Source of the DNA: Anolis carolinensis
Lineage: Eukaryota
Direction of reading: 5' to 3'
Length of the DNA stretch: 64,000 nucleotides
Assembly: GCF_035594765.1 (NCBI RefSeq)
Contig: NC_085841.1
Span: 264,646,525 to 264,710,524 of the forward strand
Both the position numbers and the translations under genes were made by a program. Below the pieces are notes generated by a model. It searched no databases and was not told where the DNA came from. It saw only the letters and a list, made by a program, of their open reading frames with translations. Below are positions 1 to 11,500 of the stretch, in pieces (positions within the stretch are counted from its first letter, which is position 1; the number at the start of each line of letters is the position of its first letter).

Positions 1-57
1 TGTTGTTTTTTAGTTTTCAACAGACTTTATAGCAGTCCTTGTTCTCTTCTCTTTCAG

Positions 58-135
58 ATGTACAGATTAACGTTACGAACAAGTAAAGAAACTGTTTCCC
101 GAAGGTTATGTGAACTTCTCTCAGAACAGTTCTGA
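58..135 (+). CDS. AP2A2: AP-2 complex subunit alpha-2, last coding exon
   Basis: Polypyrimidine tract and cag acceptor (55-57), then [28 protein letters not shown], matching the alpha-adaptin C-terminus (human AP2A2 recalled as [25 protein letters not shown]). Tail-to-tail position next to MUC6 matches human 11p15.5 order and favours AP2A2 over AP2A1. Confidence 0.93.
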   Translation: MYRLTLRTSKETVSRRLCELLSEQF

Positions 136-2723
136 ACAGTTCACAATTCAATATGTTTCTCAGTGTTACGTTGTCCTTGTCCTGCTCAAAAAACATTTGA
201 TACACCAGTGTCTGTAAAACTAACTCCCACCACATTCACATCCCTGCCTTGAATGACCCTCTTTATGTGAAATAAAAGATAACCTGTATCATAAACTTCT
301 GTAAACACAGGGGGAGAAATGGTCTTGTATTTCTGATGAAAAGAGGCTGACAGGTCTCAAGTATGTCAGATCAATTGTACTCCATACATTTTGGCAAATG
401 TTTTTGTTTTGTTTTACTTTTTAAAAACTGTTTCAGCAAGATTCGCTGAAATTTTGTTCAATGAATGTGTATTTGGTCACCTTGTCAGGCTGGTGTGTTC
501 ATCTACTTTACGTGACTCAACTCCCCGAAGGTGTACAAGGGAAAATTTCAGAATATTTGGAGGACAGTTTCTACTACTACTCTGTTTGCTTGTCACTAAA
601 GTCACTTTTTCTGGAGAGGCCTGTGAACACTTGCTTTCTGAAGAACATAAGTAGGCACATATTATGATTCATAGTTTAATATCTTCAAACCTAAAGCTTT
701 AAAAGCTTTAAATCCCACCCCTCCCAAGTTCTGAACTACCAAAGAGTACTTAAGTATTTTGTCAAATGCTTAAGTTTTTAAATTCAGGTTGGGTTTTTGG
801 ATAGTATGAGTTTTTCCAAAGCTCTAGTTGATCCATCTAAACATCTATTCACTTGGGTTGCAAATAATAAAAGAATCACTTGACACATTCTGGCATGCTA
901 ACACTTTCCTATGCTTCTGTAGATCTTACACACCTGCCCCTCCCATCGTTTGTCACTAATGTGGGTTCCCCATTTTTTACTTTCTTGATCACATTGGCTA
1001 GCTTCAATTCTGAATGGGAAAAAATTATGTGGGCTTCAGCAAGAACAAAGATGAGATTATTGTTAATGTCGTCATTATTGGAGTAAATGTTTTATGTAAC
1101 TAATGCACTTTTTGTATTAGGAATTCACTGCTCTGTTTTAAGAAAGCCTAGTAATGGTTCATTGCATTTGTTGCATGACTTGATATATGCATTTGTAACA
1201 TATCATGTAATAGCAGAATATAAGTAGAATTGATATTTGACTAACATCAGCCACATGTCTCTGAAGAGCATCTAAGCAATAAGCAGTCGATATACATGAA
1301 AGACATGGGGGGTGCTCAAATGAGCTAGAATAAGAACTGTGTTGAGCTGATCATAAATTCATTTGGTATTTGAGTTAGCAGGTTTTTAAAAACAAAAACA
1401 GATAAAGACCTCTCCAGGCAGTCTGGAGTTGTCAACATTAGCTGGTTTTCTTTAATATGGGTATTGGGTTAGAATTAGGACCCAGGAGGCTTGTTGTTGG
1501 TTTTGACCAACTTCTTCAGCCAGATTTACAGTATCGACACATTACCTGGCACATAATGATAAAGTAAAAAGGCCAGAATGGTTTTCCTACAAGATCACTG
1601 GGGAAACTGAGCTACCATAATTTCTCCCAGGGTTATTAAGAGTAGTTAAAAACATGAGATCTTCTGAAGCTTGTTTTGTCACATAGCAGGTGCTGTTGCA
1701 ATGATTTGCCATCTTTCTCCTTAACATTGGTCTGACCTTCTGAAGCATGGGGGAGTTACTCTCCTGTCATGTCACCTGACAACACTGTTTCTGTGGACTC
1801 CTCACTGGTACATTTTTGTGTCTGTGTGAAAAAAATGTGATTTATCCACAAAGAGACATGGGACTCTAAATATATAGCTGAATGATTAACTGTATATATG
1901 GGTAATTGTACTTTATGCAAAGGACTTTGTCTCCAGAATGAGCCATATAGGCATTATTTTGAGAGAGAAAACACAGAAAATTCTGTCTTTATTGGGATAA
2001 ATGACTTAATTACCAAAGTTGTGTATCTTTCTCCATCTTAAAGTGAAGTAACAGTTTCTGTGGCTAAAGCAGTATTAGTAATCCAAGTACAGTATTTGTT
2101 ATGTTGATGTGAAAAATACCTGAACAAGAATATTCTGTACTTTTAGGCCTACACTCCAATATGTAATATGTAGTCATTTCACTTGTAAAACAAAGAAGAA
2201 AGAAACACAAGCTTATATGATGGAATTTCATTATTATAACTGCAAATTTTTAAAAAATATATAAATCTAATCATGTTATCTTTAATGGAAAAATAAAAGA
2301 CTAGAAAATCAAAACTTAATTCATTCCCCCCTTCCATTCTTGGCTTCAGAACCATAATTGTATCTTAATTTCACAGATAAACCCTAGTGTAAGAATATTG
2401 TAACATAGCAAATCGAATCAGTCCATTACTCTATCAAGTCCAAGGCTGTCAATTCTGACACTGATTCTTGGGGATTTCCTTAACCTTGAAAGTCCCAAGT
2501 GTTTTCTGATCCAAGTTCAAACAAAGTCTGTTTCTGCTTAGTTTTGAAATAAAATCCAGTGTTCTCAGGGTGGGATGGTAGTCTTGGAAGGTCTTGATTT
2601 GCTGTATAATTTATACTACAATCAAAATTCAATCCGTAAAGAAATTTTGATGCCAATGAGTGGAAAAATGATATTGTAAATTTCAGTGGCTTTGAAGAAG
2701 CAAAAGGAATGGCTTATTTCTAA

Positions 2724-2980
2724 GGAGTTGCGGTGGCGCAATGAGTTAAACCCTTGTGACAGTTGAACTGCTGACCTAAAGGTTGGCGATTCAAATCCAC
2801 AAGACAGGGTGAGCTCCTATCTGTCAGCCCTACCTTCCTATGTGGGGACATGACAGAAGCCCCCCACAGGATTTAACACATCCGGGCGTCCTCAGGGCAA
2901 GGTCTTTAAAGACGGACAATTCTCTCACATCAGAAATGACTTGCCTCAGTTCGCTTCTGACATGATCAAAATTTTTAAAA
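2724..2980 (+). mobile_element. tRNA-derived SINE (Anolis SINE2-like), near full length
   Basis: A-box-like ggtggcgcaatg, B-box-like gattcaaatcc, A-rich tail, candidate TSD ttctaag (2718-2724 / 2983-2989); related copies at 11226-11447 and 12457-12600. Family name from memory. Confidence 0.75.
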
Positions 2981-4478
2981 AATTCTAAGAAACTACTACA
3001 TATGTCTTTTAAATAAAAACAGTGGTGTTTTGACATTTGGATTACCAATATTTTTTATGTACAGACATGCAGAATATTTGTGTGAGGGAATGGGAAATGA
3101 GTTTTTTTATTTTGACATTATTCTAGCCACTAGTAAGTGTCAAGATATTTTTCTGTTTCAGTCTCAACTTTTCCAAAATACTTCAGTCAAGGTGGACAAC
3201 TGGCCCAATTTCAACACCCTATAAATGATCTCAGCTTGCTCCAGCACCCCACCAAGAAAGAAGTAAGATGTAACAGAAATAGGAAATAGGTAGAAGTGTA
3301 GTAGAGTGCCACCACCCAGCGCTAGCCTCAGCTCTGACCATTCCTGAGATGCCAAACAACCCGCTCCCCAAGCATGTTGTCAGCTGAAGCGAGCTGAAAT
3401 ATCCAGAACATGAGATCAGGCTTGGTTTAGTCCTCTGTGTAAAACTGAGACGTCGACTGCTTCCAAGTGTATATTCACATATGAACCTGAGTTACAATAC
3501 TTGTGTAGGGAAACAACACTATAAACTGGGTAAGAAAATGTCTTACACAAGATAATTGTATTTTCCTGTATTGCTTTCTCTTGTACATTTTAGGGCATCC
3601 TGGTTTGGATTAGCTAATACAAGAGAGGTGTCATTTTGACATATGTTAATGTGTCTGGTTTTGTTGGTTGGTGTGACTATTCTGAAAGTGGCATAGACCA
3701 GGTGTCAAAGGTAAAAATGACTCCAGGAGTACGGATGGCGAAATGGCAGAAAAAGCAATGTGTGCCATAAAGAAAGCTCCCCTGCTGGATCAACTTCTGA
3801 CAATATAAAAGGCTTTCCCCACCATCTCCCAACAATGCTGCGAACTGCTCCAAAAATGCCTTATACTGGGAATACATTTCTGGTTAGATTCCAATCCTTA
3901 TCAGCAATGTACTGGTCACACTCTTGTTGAATCATTTGCCGAATGCATTGAAAGCTATGAGAAACGTGGTAAAAGACATTCAGCAACTATGGTGTTTGAC
4001 AAACATGAAACACTTTCTTATAAGGAGCAGAAGCCAGATACACCACTCCGTCTCAAGTTTTGATTCCAAACCAATCTCCTTTTAAAGCCAAAGCCTTTTA
4101 AAAAGTGGGGCAAGCATCTTAGCTTAATCTGTTTATCTGTTGTGTGCAGCATAGTATAAGCCATGTTCCTCCACTTAATTCTTTAACTCCTTTTTAAAAT
4201 ATGTTCTCAACCTGTTGTAGCTGCCCATGATATAAAACTTTCACATTCAATATTTCACAATAATAACTTTTAAAGTGGTTATTTACATTTCCCAACCTTA
4301 ACTACATCGCTTGGTCTGATACAGTTGTCTGATACAGGTGTGTAATTGACTAGATTAAAAATACCAATTGTTTTCTCTGTACTTTACCTTTTTCCTCCTT
4401 GCATGCTCACCACCCTTGCCATATATTAAAACGTATATAATATTTTGGGATTCAGTTCTACCAAATAAGTGTTTATAC

Positions 4479-4613
4479 CAGTGGTTCTCAACCTGTGGGT
4501 CCCCAGATGCTTTGGCCTTCAACTCCCAGAAATCCTAACAGCTGGTAGACTGGCTGGGATTTCTGGGAGTTGTAGTCCAAAACACTTGGGGACCTACAGG
4601 TTGAGAACCACTG
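4479..4613. mobile_element. short palindromic hAT-type MITE
   Basis: TIRs cagtggttctcaacctgt / acaggttgagaaccactg and an internally palindromic body; no matching TSD seen. Confidence 0.7.
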
Positions 4614-5141
4614 ATTAAACCCAATGAATGAGCCTTGAAGGTTGCTGTGTGTTCTCATTCTGGATTTCAGCTGGCAAGTCCTATTCCAAAATACTCCATG
4701 CTGTTCTCCTCCCTCTCTTTCTTTCTGATTCTCCATCACACCCCCACAAGAGTCAGTGCTCCATACTCTGTCCCTATTACACTGTTGTGAGACTAATCAC
4801 TTTTCCCCTACATTTTTGGAGTTGTGAAGGGCATTCTTCCAACAATCCTGGAGGCTATGCCACAAACATACACCATGCCAGTTGGTACCATTTTTGTGTA
4901 TGGGAGTGCTGCTTTAGCAATAGAACGTGAATATCAGCTTGCTGAGAGCCAGCCTGGTATAGTGGTTTAAATATTGGGCTAAGGCTCCTTGCTGAACCAT
5001 GGAAATATTGGGCAATTCACACCCTTTCAGCCTCAAAACAAATTCTATGGGGAGTTTCCCCAAGCTGGAAACAACCTGAAGGCACACAACAATCAACAAT
5101 CAATTGCTCAGCACTACATATCAGAATGACTAGCTAATCTC

Positions 5142-5147
5142 TTTATT
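5142..5147 (-). promoter_or_regulatory. candidate MUC6 polyadenylation signal (AATAAA)
   Basis: tttatt on + strand about 270 nt downstream of the MUC6 stop codon; not verified as used. Confidence 0.45.
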
Positions 5148-5413
5148 AATCCTATTAACTATTTTACAATATAAAAGTAGACATTACTTTGGCAAAAAAC
5201 TTATGAAAATATCAGTTATTTCCTTCATCTTCGCACTCCCAAAATAACGAATAAGTTAACATAGCAAGTTATCTGTATCGGTCTTCTGGTGAGTATGCCC
5301 TGCTTGCCTTCCCAGAGTTTGGATATTTATGCTTCTGGCAGCATAAGTCATAATTTGGTTGTTGTTGGTTTCCTCTAGAAATATCCTTTCATGATCAGCA
5401 TAATTAGGCATGG

Positions 5414-5591
5414 CTAGTGTTTACATTTATCGAAGTTGCAGACACAGTCACCAAATATGATGATTTCTTTAACAAGTGGCTTCAGTGGGTCATCTGGGTC
5501 TGGGCAAGGCATCTTGAATTCCTTCCTGTAGAATGTTTGTGGCATGCAGCACCCACATTCCATGTCTACCGTCATCGTGGCAAGATTCGGT
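5414..5591 (-). CDS. MUC6: MUC6 terminal exon (CK domain C-half, stop TAG)
   Basis: cag acceptor 5592-5594; PNLATMTVDMECGCCMPQTFYRKEFKMPCPDPDDPLKPLVKEIIIFGDCVCNFDKCKH*. Confidence 0.93.
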
Positions 5592-8500
5592 CTGCAAAAG
5601 AGAGCAGTTTTGATTTAGAAATCCCATGCTGTATATGCATATGCTTATTTGTCATTAAAAAAACCAACAACAACAGATTGTTTCCCTGAGAGTAATAAAA
5701 TCCTCTAATCCCAACATGCCACTTATACCATTTGACATATTTGAATGCTCATGCCTGAGGATAAAAATACTATGTGTAGAAGCATAGTACTGAGAACACC
5801 ATGAGAGTTGTAGACTGAGCATCCCTTATCAAAAATGCTTAGGACCAAAAGAGTTTTTTTTTGAGATATTGAAATATCTATGGGTGTATACATACATCAT
5901 CATTATCATCATTGTTATTAATTAGATGTAATGGAGATGGGCCCCAAATCAAAACACAAAATTCACTTAGATTTTTCATAAGTGCCGTATACACATCTCC
6001 CTAAAGTAATTTTATACAAACTATTTTTTAATTTTGTACATGAAACAATGTCAGAATGCAAAGGTGTCACTATCAGTCATCAATGTGTACATAGTAGGAT
6101 TTTGGAAAATTTTGAGGTAAGGGTGTTATATCTGTATCAAAGTATTGTCGTAGGCTTGCACGGCCAGAATTACTGAGGTGTTGTGCAGTTTCCGGACAGC
6201 ATGGCCATGTTCTAGCAGCATTTTCTTTTGATGTTTTGCCTGCACCTGTGGCTGGCATCCTCAGAGGATTTTCAGAAAATGCCAGCTGCAGATGCAGGCA
6301 AAATGTCAGGAGAAAATGCTGCTAGAACACAGCCATGCAGCCCAGAAACCACACAACACCCCAGTATATTTAAAGTAAATTACAAGATTGAATTGTAACC
6401 TAAGACACCTCTTGGTTTCAAACAATTTTACTCTGTCATGGTGATACAGGAATATGGCATTTTTACACTGTATAGACCAGAGTTTCTCAAACAGCTCCTC
6501 CAGATGTTTTGGACTTCATCTTCCCCAATTCCCACAATTTATGTAAGCCTTGAGTCCCCTTCGGGGTAAAGAAAGGCAGGGTAGAAATAAAGTAAATAAA
6601 TAAATTCCTAACATCTGGTAAGCTGGCTAGGATGTCTGGGAGCTGAAATCCAAAACACCTGGAGGAGCACAGTTTGAGAAACACTGGTGTAGACACATCA
6701 CCTAAAACTACATTGCCACATCAGCATGATACAGATCCTTGAGGAACCCTACTGTTTTCTTTAATGCTGAGAACTGTATATTTTATATCACATAATGACA
6801 TAAACATAACTGGATCGAACAATTTGTCACAAGAGTCTTTCTTACGTGGCGGTTGATGGGCACAATCCTGCGCAGCGTGTCAATGTGACATTTGCAACAC
6901 AGCCCTTGTAGACTACTTGGTCGTCATACTCAATAGCATGACATGGGCCTGTGAAATAAAAAAAATGATTATAAAACCAATACTGGCAATGTACTGAATC
7001 GTCTTCTAGCAATTTAGATAATAGATTTTCTAATTCTTAATGACTTATACTAGCCACTACATGTAATAATTTTCAGGGGGATGAAAGAGGGGTGGCAAAT
7101 TTCTGTATTAAGAGCAGTGACTGTTTCACCCCCACCCCCATGATAAGCATAATTTTATTCAAATACAGCTCATGTCAGTTCTCTTGCCTTTATTCTAATT
7201 TTATTATTTGCATATGGGTCTTATGATATGTTTTTCTAATAGTTCATCCATAATTTTTTCTTGGTCATTTGGTGGTTTAAATTCTTTAAATGCAATACTT
7301 TTTTTAACATGTATCTTAATAAATGTAATAGCATCAATATTTTTTCAGCCATTGGTCCTTTTTCTTCCAACCTATTCTTCCAGTAAGTACTACATTTTAC
7401 TGGAGATGTATGGAAAATAATTTGAGCCATCTACTAGAGAAGGCAACTATTTTTCATTGTTAAAAAATATTTTGGCATGACATATAGGGGCAACAGAATT
7501 ATCTAACCTAACAGAATGATTGAGAAAAATATGGCAGACAGCTCTTTTCATGATGCTAACTTCCTCAAGTCGAGATCCTAGATAGGTTGGCGGAACATTA
7601 AGATCTGCCAAATATTACATCTAGCTTCATTTCAGGTGCTTGGATGTACAGTGTAAATATGTCACCCAAAGTGCCAAGGAATAGGTAGATGGTGTGTCAT
7701 GGCTGGAACTGCCACAGCTCAAGGGGGGTGGGCACGACTTCTAAGGTGGCTGTCCATGTTCGGCATAGCCGGCCAGAAGGGACTCGCTCCCACCTCTGAG
7801 ACAGTTAAGGGAATCCCAATGAAAACACCATGAAGCCATACCTGGTGTCTTGGATTGTCTGATAGGAGCTGTATTTTGAAAGGCCCATAGAAAACAAACA
7901 TTTTTATTCAAACTTTGAAATTAAGCCAGTAAATATTATATATTCTCTATGCTTATTGAGTGGAAACTAACCTGATGGTGGTGTTGAGCTTGGAGCAACA
8001 GTGGTTTGAGCTATAGTTGTTGGAGCAGTAGATTTGGTAGTGTGGATAGGCGAAGGAACTGACAAAATAAAAGAAAAGGTGTAAATAGGGAGTAAACCCT
8101 GTAACTATAAATGAATTAAAGTGATGAGCTTTCTGGTTAAAAAGTAACTCAGTGAGGAAACATCAACTTAATCAAAATGAGAGAAGAGAGGAAATGAACC
8201 AGAACAAAGACCATCCTCATTATTTCAGAGAAGAAAAGGAGGAATAATGTAAAGGCAAGAGCTACAGTAACTGGTCAAAGAAGCCTTGTAAGCTTCACCT
8301 TAAAAAGCAAACTAATAAGCAAAAGAACATGCTCAGAAATATCATTTATTGCCAAGGAACTTAATACTGTATTTGCTTTGACTCCTGAACTGAATTTTGT
8401 GAAGCAGGAAATTAGACATTACAAACAGTGGAAGGAAAGGAACAGATATGTTTATGGAATTGCCTGATGCTCACATCAAATTTAGTTTTGAACTTGAACC

Positions 8501-11500
8501 AGAGACATCTATCATACTATAATCTGTGAGTTTCTCCATTTTTTAAACAAAAATGTACATATGCAGCAAGGTAACTTTTGAGTGGATGCAAGAGAATAAA
8601 GATGTTTTCTCCTTATAGGAAGTGGGACTTATTTTCATTTTCGTAGTGCTAGTTGTTCTCATTGGTGTCAACATTATATTTAAATATGAAAAGGAACCTC
8701 CATCCCTAGATACAGGACATATCTGTTCCCTTGAATGGTTTTTTTAAGTTGCTTTTTTTTTCATTTGGCTTTTTTTGGAAGAAGACAAAACTGCGATGAA
8801 GGCAAGCCAGTGGTTGGACTTTTCCAGTTCTATAAATGCATTCGCTCAAAAGGCCTTCTTGCTCTGCTGAAGTGTACTGCTTGGCTTTCACTTCATTTGC
8901 CATTGTTTTGTTTTGTGGGATCCTGGGATATTTAGGGAGGAGGGATGTTTAGAACTCTCAGCCAGACAGCTCTATTGCTTCACAAAACTACAAACTCCAG
9001 AATTCCAAGGATGTTGCCAAGGCAATCCAAGTGCTATAATACGAAGTGCCTTTTGGTTGTTAGATATTAAAAATGGCAAGTTGTGGCAGTGAAGAGCTCC
9101 CTTTTGAAGTAGGTTGCTCTGAAAGAAAATAAAGCTGGGAAATGGTGAGGAGCAATACTCTGAGTAATGGTCCCAGTCTAAAGACTTTCCTCCTGGAGTG
9201 AAGGTGGGTATTTTACCTCCGCTTTGTCTGTTGCAGTGTGTGGGGTGTGCCTGAGATTGATTGCTTATTTATTTTCTGGGGATATTGGGCAATGTATGTC
9301 CTGTGGATACATCTTTTACCAGGAGTCTTTTTTGATATAGTTTTATAATATAGTTGTGTACAGATAGGCCTCTTCCCCTCTCTCACTATAATCAGTTTGC
9401 ACTCTGTGAAATCGGTACATTGTTATGCTTTGTGGAGACAAATCTGGCAGGCTCATATCTCATTCCTCACCCCCCCCCCCCCCCGCCAAGTTACTTGTCT
9501 CTGATCATTATCATCAGATTGGTTATTGTGGAATGGATGCTGGAATGGAAAATAGTTATAAAAATGAGTTCATATTCTAAGGGCCTCATCACACTTGAGC
9601 ATTTATCCACTTTAAATTCGGTTTCTGCCTCCTGCAGAATTCTGGGATTTGTAGTTTGGTGAGGCCCAGGACCTGTCTGGCTGAGCTGTTTAAAGTGGAT
9701 CCAAACTCTCATTTGATGAGGTCATAAGATTCCCCAATTCTATGTTATTCCCGATTATTATCTGATATCAGTGAGATATCCTGCCCTTTTAATGTTTGTG
9801 GAGAAGTAGTAGTTTCAACATGTTTCTTGGCTGTGTGACGAACTATACCAACAGTTCCCTCTTTTTTACAAACATTGAAGGTTCATCAACATTGCTGAAA
9901 AATATAGTGCTGGGTGACAGGCCCGTAGCCAGGATTTTGATTCGGGGGCGGGGGGGGGGGGGGGGCTGGGATTTTGATTTGAATCTGTGAGAGAGGATCT
10001 ACCCTAGCAAACCTTTTGTATCGATATCCCAATACCCCCATGCATATGGGATATATTGAGCATGGTGATCAGATCATGATATGAATAACAGTTTAAATAA
10101 TAAATGTAAGGCCTTCTTGTGGACCACCCTGAGAATTTCGGGCAGGGGGGCTGAAGCCCCTCAAGCCCCCCCCCGCTCCCCCGGCTACATGCCTGCTGGG
10201 AGAGATTTGCCCCTTCCCTCTTTAAACAAAAACAAAATCCCCAAACAATTTTCAGCTGAACAAAAAGCTAGAAGTAGCTTCTGGGTCATCTGAAATGTGC
10301 CAGTGTGACTTGGTGTGAGGCCAAAACTTGGATTCAGCCCAAGCACAATTGCCCATATATGTTTTACATGTTATCTCCAATTATGTGTACTATGTCTTTC
10401 CCTGAGGTTCCCAAGATTTCTTAAGCCTCTGAAGAACTAAGCGCTCGAACCATAAAAATTCACAATACTAGTAAGTCTGTCATGGAAGCTTCACATTACA
10501 ACTTACAGTACTGTGGTTTCACTTTTAACAGCCACTATTATCTCCTGGAATGTGTAATTTTTGGAAGAGTATTATCCTTACCCAGAGGGCTTTTCTAGTG
10601 CCTTGTCAGACTACAAATCCCATTACTCTACAAGATGCAGCTATAGCAGTTAAAGTGGAATCATATTACTAAAATTTTGAAAAGTCCTTAGTTGGGACAG
10701 GGCCCTTTATTGTTTTGTATACACCAGAATAGCACAGCAATTGTGGCAGATAGTTATGTATTATTACTGTATTTCAGTTACAAGAAGAGGAAGCTGTATA
10801 ATGATCTGTCTAGGGGTTCAAAAATATAATAATAGAAGGAGTAATGATAACAACAACAACAATAATAATGTAGGGTCCTATTTTTATTGCAGTACAGTTC
10901 AAGGAGGTTAATTTGCTGTACTGTTGGTTGAGCTTTTTAAAAAGCAAAGCTATACCATTAATTCCTGAATGTGAGTTAAAAATAATTCTAAACATAATTG
11001 TGATCTTTTTTTAATACAATAAACATTCTGAAAACTATTATTAAATAGACTGTCAGGGACAATAGCCTTTTCTGAATAAATAGATGTTAACTTTTCTTTG
11101 AACATCTGTCTATCAATCAAAAAGTCAAAATATGTCTGTCTGTCTGTTGGTACCATAAAAGCTATTGCTAGGCAACAATTCAGTGACCCTTTGTGATGTC
11201 ACTGGATTGGCTGTTACAAGGTGCATTTTTTCCCATGTCAGTAGCAACTTGAGAAACTGCAAGTCGCTTCTGGTGTGAGAGAATTGGCCATCTACTGGAT
11301 GTTTGATGTTTTACCATCCTTGTAGGAGGCTTCTCTCATGTCCCTACATGGGGAGCTGGAGCTGACAGAGGGAACTCATCCACTCTCCTTGTTGATCAGC
11401 AATCCTGCTGGTACAAGGGTTTAACCCATTGCGCCACCAGGGGCTCCTACGAGGTAAATTCTCCTTCTGTGATGTCACTGGGAAAGTTAATATGTGCATC

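Noticed and set aside
391-667. ORFs downstream of the AP2A2 stop
   Set aside because: No recognisable protein; probably 3' UTR.
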